Notes under the pieces: model-generated
Told to the model about the DNA's origin: nothing
Seen by the model: the letters and a program-made list of their open reading frames with translations, nothing else
The model's database searches: none
Origin: Eledone cirrhosa
Lineage: Eukaryota
DNA: 64,000 nt
Assembly: GCA_964016885.1 (NCBI GenBank)
Contig: CAXHJY010000739.1
Coordinates: 62,001 to 126,000, forward strand
Direction of reading: 5' to 3'
Made by a program: the position numbers and the translations under genes
In this document: piece by piece, positions 57,756 through 64,000 of the stretch
How the letters are laid out: each line of letters starts with the position of its first letter
How positions within the stretch are numbered: the stretch's first letter is position 1

Positions 57756-60700
57756 GGTTGCTAGACACTACGGCTTAATACGGGATGTTTGTTTACAAAC
57801 ACACCGAGCATTATAATAAATGTTCGGTGAATCCATACGTGCATGTATATATGTGTGCATGTATGTATATATATATATATACATACTACTGTACGTCGGT
57901 ATACATATATGTATGTACGTGTACATACTTATATTTAAGTAACAGCCGTACTAAGAGTGGGAAATGAAATATCGTTTCATTTTTTCGTTTATCGTTTTCG
58001 GTGCACCCGGCCGATTACCCACTCGATATGCATATTGGGCTACTCAGCCGTTAATATGCATAAGGTAAGTATATACGTTCAACAATCTGGCAGGAAGGTA
58101 TACGTTGCTGACGATAGCTAACAAGCTTGAAACTAGTACAGCGTTCCTTTGTCAGTGTTGAACAAACGAGCAACGTGGTTGCTAGACACTACGGCTTAAT
58201 ACGGGATGTTTGTTTACAAACACACCGAGCATTATAATAAATGTTCGGTGAATCCATACGTGCATGTATATATGTGTGCATGTATGTATATATATATATA
58301 TACATACTACTGTACGTCGGTATACATATATGTATGTACGTGTACATACTTATATTTAAGTAACAGCCGTACTAAGAGTGGGAAATGAAATATCGTTTCA
58401 TTTTTTCCGTTTATCGTTTTCGGTGCACCCGGCCGATTAACCCACTCGATATGCATATTGGGCTACTCAGCCGTTAATATGCATAAGGTAAGTATATACG
58501 TTCAACAATCTGGCAGGAAGGTATACGTTGCTGACGATAGCTAACAAGCTTGAAACTAGTACAGCGTTCCTTTGTCAGTGTTGAACAAACGAGCAACGGT
58601 GGTTGCTAGACACTACGGCTTAATACGGGATGTTTGTTTACAAACACACCGAGCATTATAATAAATGTTCGGTGAATCCATACGTGCATGTATATATGTG
58701 TGCATGTATGTATATATATATATATACATACTACTGTACGTCGGTATACATATATGTATGTACGTGTACATACTTATATTTAAGTAACAGCCGTACTAAG
58801 AGTGGGAAATGAAATATCGTTTCATTTTTTCCGTTTATCGTTTTCGGTGCACCCGGCCGATTAACCCACTCGATATGCATATTGGGCTACTCAGCCGTTA
58901 ATATGCATAAGGTAAGTATATACGTTCAACAATCTGGCAGGAAGGTATACGTTGCTGACGATAGCTAACAAGCTTGAAACTAGTACAGCGTTCCTTTGTC
59001 AGTGTTGAACAAACGAGCAACGGTGGTTGCTAGACACTACGGCTTAATACGGGATGTTTGTTTACAAACACACCGAGCATTATAATAAATGTTCGGTGAA
59101 TCCATACGTGCATGTATATATGTGTGCATGTATGTATATATATATATATACATACTACTGTACGTCGGTATACATATATGTATGTACGTGTACATACTTA
59201 TATTTAAGTAACAGCCGTACTAAGAGTGGGAAATGAAATATCGTTTCATTTTTTCCGTTTATCGTTTTCGGTGCACCCGGCCGATTAACCCACTCGATAT
59301 GCATATTGGGCTACTCAGCCGTTAATATGCATAAGGTAAGTATATACGTTCAACAATCTGGCAGGAAGGTATACGTTGCTGACGATAGCTAACAAGCTTG
59401 AAACTAGTACAGCGTTCCTTTGTCAGTGGTTGAACAAACGAGCAACGGGTGGTTGCTAGACACTACGGCTTAATACGGGATGTTTGTTTACAAACACACC
59501 GAGCATTATAATAAATGTTCGGTGAATCCATACGTGCATGTATATATGTGTGCATGTATGTATATATATATATATACATACTACTGTACGTCGGTATACA
59601 TATATGTATGTACGTGTACATACTTATATTTAAGTAACAGCCGTACTAAGAGTGGGAAATGAAATATCGTTTCATTTTTTCCGTTTATCGTTTTCGGTGC
59701 ACCCGGCCGATTAACCCACTCGATATGCATATTGGGCTACTCAGCCGTTAATATCGCATAAGGTAAGTATATACGTTCAACAATCTGGCAGGAAGGTATA
59801 CGTTGCTGACGATAGCTAACAAGCTTGAAACTAGTACAGCGTTCCTTTGTCAGTGTTGAACAAACGAGCAACGGTGGTTGCTAGACACTACGGCTTAATA
59901 CGGGATGTTTGTTTACAAACACACCGAGCATTATAATAAATGTTCGGTGAATCCATACGTGCATGTATATATGTGTGCATGTATGTATATATATATATAT
60001 ACATACTACTGTACGTCGGTATACATATATGTAGTACGTGTACATACTTATATTTAAGTAACAGCCGTACTAAGAGTGGGAAATGAAATATCGTTTCATT
60101 TTTTCCGTTTATCGTTTTCCGGTGCACCGGCCGATTAACCCACTCGATATGCATATTGGGCTACTCAGCCGTTAATATGCATAAGGTAAGTATATACGTT
60201 CAACAATCTGGCAGGAAGGTATACGTTGCTGACGATAGCTAACAAGCTTGAAACTAGTACAGCGTTCCTTTGTCAGTGTTGAACAAACGAGCAACGGTGG
60301 TTGCTAGACACTACGGCTTAATACGGGATGTTTGTTTACAAACACACCGAGCATTATAATAAATGTTCGGTGAATCCATACGTGCATGTATATATGTGTG
60401 CATGTATGTATATATATATATATACATACTACTGTACGTCGGTATACATATATGTATGTACGTGTACATACTTATATTTAAGTAACAGCCGTACTAAGAG
60501 TGGGAAATGAAATATCGTTTCATTTTTTCCGTTTATCGTTTTCGGTGCACCCCGGCCGATTAACCCACTCGATATGCATATTGGGCTACTCAGCCGTTAA
60601 TATGCATAAGGTAAGTATATACGTTCAACAATCTGGCAGGAAGGTATACGTTGCTGACGATAGCTAACAAGCTTGAAACTAGTACAGCGTTCCTTTGTCA

Positions 60701-63078
60701 GTGTTGAACAAACGAGCAACGGTGGTTGCTAGACACTACGGCTTAATACGGGATGTTTGTTTACAAACACACCGAGCATTATAATAAATGTTCGGTGAAT
60801 CCATACGTGCATGTATATATGTGTGCATGTATGTATATATATATATATACATACTACTGTACGTCGGTATACATATATGTATGTACGTGTACATACTTAT
60901 ATTTAAGTAACAGCCGTACTAAGAGTGGGAAATGAATATCGTTTCATTTTTTTCCGTTTATCGTTTTCGGTGCACCCGGCCGATTAACCCACTCGATATG
61001 CATATTGGGCTACTCAGCCGTTAATATGCATAAGGTAAGTATATACGTTCAACAATCTGGCAGGAAGGTATACGTTGCTGACGATAGCTAACAAGCTTGA
61101 AACTAGTACAGCGTTCCTTTGTCAGTGTTGAACAAACGAGCAACGGTGGTTGCTAGACACTACGGCTTAATACGGGATGTTTGTTTACAAACACACCGAG
61201 CATTATAATAAATGTTCGGTGAATCCATACGTGCATGTATATATGTGTGCATGTATGTATATATATATATATACATACTACTGTACGTCGGTATACATAT
61301 ATGTATGTACGTGTACATACTTATATTTAAGTAACAGCCGTACTAAGAGTGGGAAATGAAATATCGTTTCATTTTTTCCGTTTATCGTTTTCGGGTGCAC
61401 CCGGCCGATTAACCCACTCGATATGCATATTGGGCTACTCAGCCGTTAATATGCATAAGGTAAGTATATACGTTCAACAATCTGGCAGGAAGGTATACGT
61501 TGCTGACGATAGCTAACAAGCTTGAAACTAGTACAGCGTTCCTTTGTCAGTGTTGAACAAACGAGCAAACGGTGGTTGCTAGACACTACGGCTTAATACG
61601 GGATGTTTGTTTACAAACACACCGAGCATTATAATAAATGTTCGGTGAATCCATACGGGCATGTATATATGTGTGCATGTATGTATATATATATATATAC
61701 ATACTACTGTACGTCGGTATACATATATGTATGTACGTGTACATACTTATATTTAAGTAACAGCCGTACTAAGAGTGGGAAACTGAAATATCGTTTCATT
61801 TTTTCCGTTTATCGTTTTCGGTGCACCCGGCCGATTAACCCCACTCGATATGCATATTGGGCTACTCAGCCGTTAATATGCATAAGGTAAGTATATCGTT
61901 CAACAATCTGGCAGGAAGGTATACGTTGCTGACGATAGCTTAACAAGCTTGAAACTAGTACAGCGTTCCTTTGTCAGTGTTGAACAAACGAGCAACGGTG
62001 GTTGCTAGGACACTACGGCTTAATACGGGATGTTTGTTTACAAACACACCGAGCATTATAATAAATGTTCGGTGATACGTGCATGTATATATGTGTGCAT
62101 GTATGTATATATATATATATACATACTACTGTACGTCGGTATACATATATGTATGTACGTGTACATACTTATATTTAAGTAACAGCCGTACTAAGAGTGG
62201 GAAATGAAATATCGTTTCATTTTTTCCGTTTATCGTTTTCGGTGCACCCGGCCGATTAACCCACTCGATATGCATATTGGGCTACTCAGCCGTTAATATG
62301 CATAAGGTAAGTATATACGTTCAACAATCTGGCAGGAAGGTATACGTTGCTGACGATAGCTAACAAGCTTGAAACTAGTACAGCGTTCCTTTGTCAGTGT
62401 TGAACAAACGAGCAACGGTGGTTGCTAGACACTACGGCTTAATACGGGATGTTTGTTTACAAACACACCGAGCATTATAATAAATGTTCGGTGAATCCAT
62501 ACGTGCATGTATATATGTGTGCATGTATGTATATATATATATATACATACTACTGTACGTCGGTATACATATATGTATGTACGTGTACATACTTATATTT
62601 AAGTAACAGCCGTACTAAGAGTGGGAAATGAAATATCGTTTCATTTTTTCCGTTTATCGTTTTCGGTGCACCCGGCCGATTAACCCACTCGATATGCATA
62701 TTGGGCTACTCAGCCGTTAATATGCATAAGGTAAGTATATACGTTCAACAATCTGGCAGGAAGGTATACGTTGCTGACGATAGCTAACAAGCTTGAAACT
62801 AGTACAGCGTTCCTTTGTCAGTGTTGAACAAACGAGCAACGGTGGTTGCTAGACACTACGGCTTAATACGGGATGTTTGTTTACAAACACACCGAGCATT
62901 ATAATAAATGTTCGGTGAATCCATACGTGCATGTATATATGTGTGCATGTATGTATATATATATATATACATACTACTGTACGTCGGTATACATATATGT
63001 ATGTACGTGTACATACTTATATTTAAGTAACAGCCGTACTAAGAGTGGGAAATGAAATATCGTTTCATTTTTTCCGTT

Positions 63079-63081
<3 letters not shown>
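57756..63081 (+). repeat. Hammerhead-containing 424-bp satellite, right arm, ~12.6 units (putative non-LTR retrozyme array)
   Basis: CTGACGA at 58108, 58531, 58955, 59379, 59806, 60229, 60654, 61078, 61503, 61929, 62350 and 62774 (spacing 421-427 bp). Confidence 0.97.
58077..58163 (+). ncRNA. Type I hammerhead ribozyme (representative of 12 plus-strand copies); predicted cleavage after GUA at 58138
   Basis: Stem I ACGUUG (58102-58107) / CAGCGU (58139-58144), extended by CUGGCA..AAGG / CCUUUGUCAG and GUUCAACA / UGUUGAAC. Core CUGACGA 58108-58114. Stem II AGCU-AACA-AGCU. GAAA 58129-58132. Stem III palindrome ACUAGU. Confidence 0.88.
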
Positions 63082-63109
<28 letters not shown>

Positions 63110-63138
63110 ATATATATATATATATATGTATATGTATA
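63082..63138. repeat. (TA)n microsatellite, right flank of the satellite array
   Basis: Read directly. Confidence 0.9.
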
Positions 63139-64000
63139 TTTACTCTTTTACTCTTTTACCTGTTTCAGCCATCCGGCTGAGGCCATGCTGGGGCACCGCC
63201 CTTGTTGCTACACATTTTATCTCCAGCCTGTATAGGTTGGCCACTGGTGTAGGAGGGAGTTTGTTGCTGCTGCCCTTAGGTTTCCCTCGTGTCTTGCTGT
63301 GGGCTCATCCGGGATCCTGGATAACAAGGTGTCGAGATGTTTCTTAAAGACATCCACCTCCACGTCATGCAAGTCTCGCAGATGCCTCGGCAGCCTGTTG
63401 AAGAGTTGAGGGCCCTTGAATCCCAGGCTATTGCAATACCTGCTCCTTATTCTAGATGTGGAAGACGGGACCTTTGGCACCACACAGTGACGTCCTGTTC
63501 GACGGTTGGTCCAGCTCCCAATGCCAAAGTTTGGTGCTAGTCCCTCCAGGATTTTCCACATGTAGATCACTGCGTATCTCTCCCGTCTTCGCTCCAAGGA
63601 GTAGAGGTTCAGTTCCTTCAGCCTCTCCCAGTAGCTTGTCTCCCTCATCTTGGCAATCCTCTTGGTGTAGCTTCGCTGGATTGCCTCAAGCTCTGTGGTT
63701 AGTTTGACACTATGGGGTGACCACAGCTGGGAGCAGTAGTCCAGGCGGCTTAGGACAAAAGTCCTCCACAGTGTCAACATGGTGTCTCGATCTCTTGTAA
63801 GGAAAGTCCTCAAGATCCAGCCAGCGAATCGTCTACATGCTGTCGCCACCTTCATGATGTGTGAAGAAAAAGATGCATCATCGCTCATGTCTATGCCCAG
63901 GTCTCGTATCGATTTTGACACGGGGATATCGGTCCCTCCTGGTCCTGTGTAGCTGTGTTCCGCTATATTTGTGTTTGTGTTTGCAGGTTTGTATTGTAGG
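63139..64000 (-). mobile_element. CR1-clade LINE 3' end (C-terminal ORF2 region, 3'UTR, short repeat tail); continues beyond the window
   Basis: ORF 63217-63921 IRDLGI..FSSHI, SRLDYCSQLWSP, LEAIQR..Y.ERLKELNLYSLERRR. 3' end GGCGGTGCCCCAGCATGGCC..CTGAAACAG followed by (GTAAAAGA)n. Confidence 0.88.

Noticed and set aside
57785-63055. Repeated 60-aa [15 protein letters not shown].. in each satellite unit
   Set aside because: Short, runs through a TA microsatellite and has no recognisable domain; the unit is better explained by RNA structure.
56171-63081. Array as CRISPR, 5S rDNA, snRNA or tRNA cluster
   Set aside because: No unique spacers and no recognisable 5S, U-snRNA or cloverleaf sequence.

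Overview
AT-rich, repeat-dense eukaryotic DNA. The tRNA-derived SINE families, huge (TA)n/(TATG)n tracts and tandem C2H2 gene strongly resemble an Octopus (cephalopod) genome; this is pattern recognition, not a database result. There is one host gene: a 763-aa tandem C2H2 zinc-finger protein (30154-32445, minus) with nearly identical QRANLxI helices. The rest is mobile DNA: a full-length decayed Tx1/L1-clade LINE, CRE-, R4/Dong-, RTE-, CR1- and Penelope-type fragments, a Tc1/mariner transposase, a non-autonomous Helitron, a hAT MITE and many SINEs. The most interesting object is a 6.9-kb array (56171-63081) of near-identical ~424-bp units embedded in (TA)n. Every complete unit carries a type I hammerhead ribozyme motif (CUGACGA...GAAA-CUAG-UA, extended stem I, palindromic minimal stem III), 16 copies in total. 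The array flips orientation at ~57755 through a microhomology junction. It looks like a cephalopod non-LTR retrozyme (self-cleaving circular RNA retroelement) inserted by rolling-circle, twin-primed reverse transcription. A second theme is an (AAT)n microsatellite used repeatedly as an insertion site by a LINE, a Dong-like LINE and SINEs.
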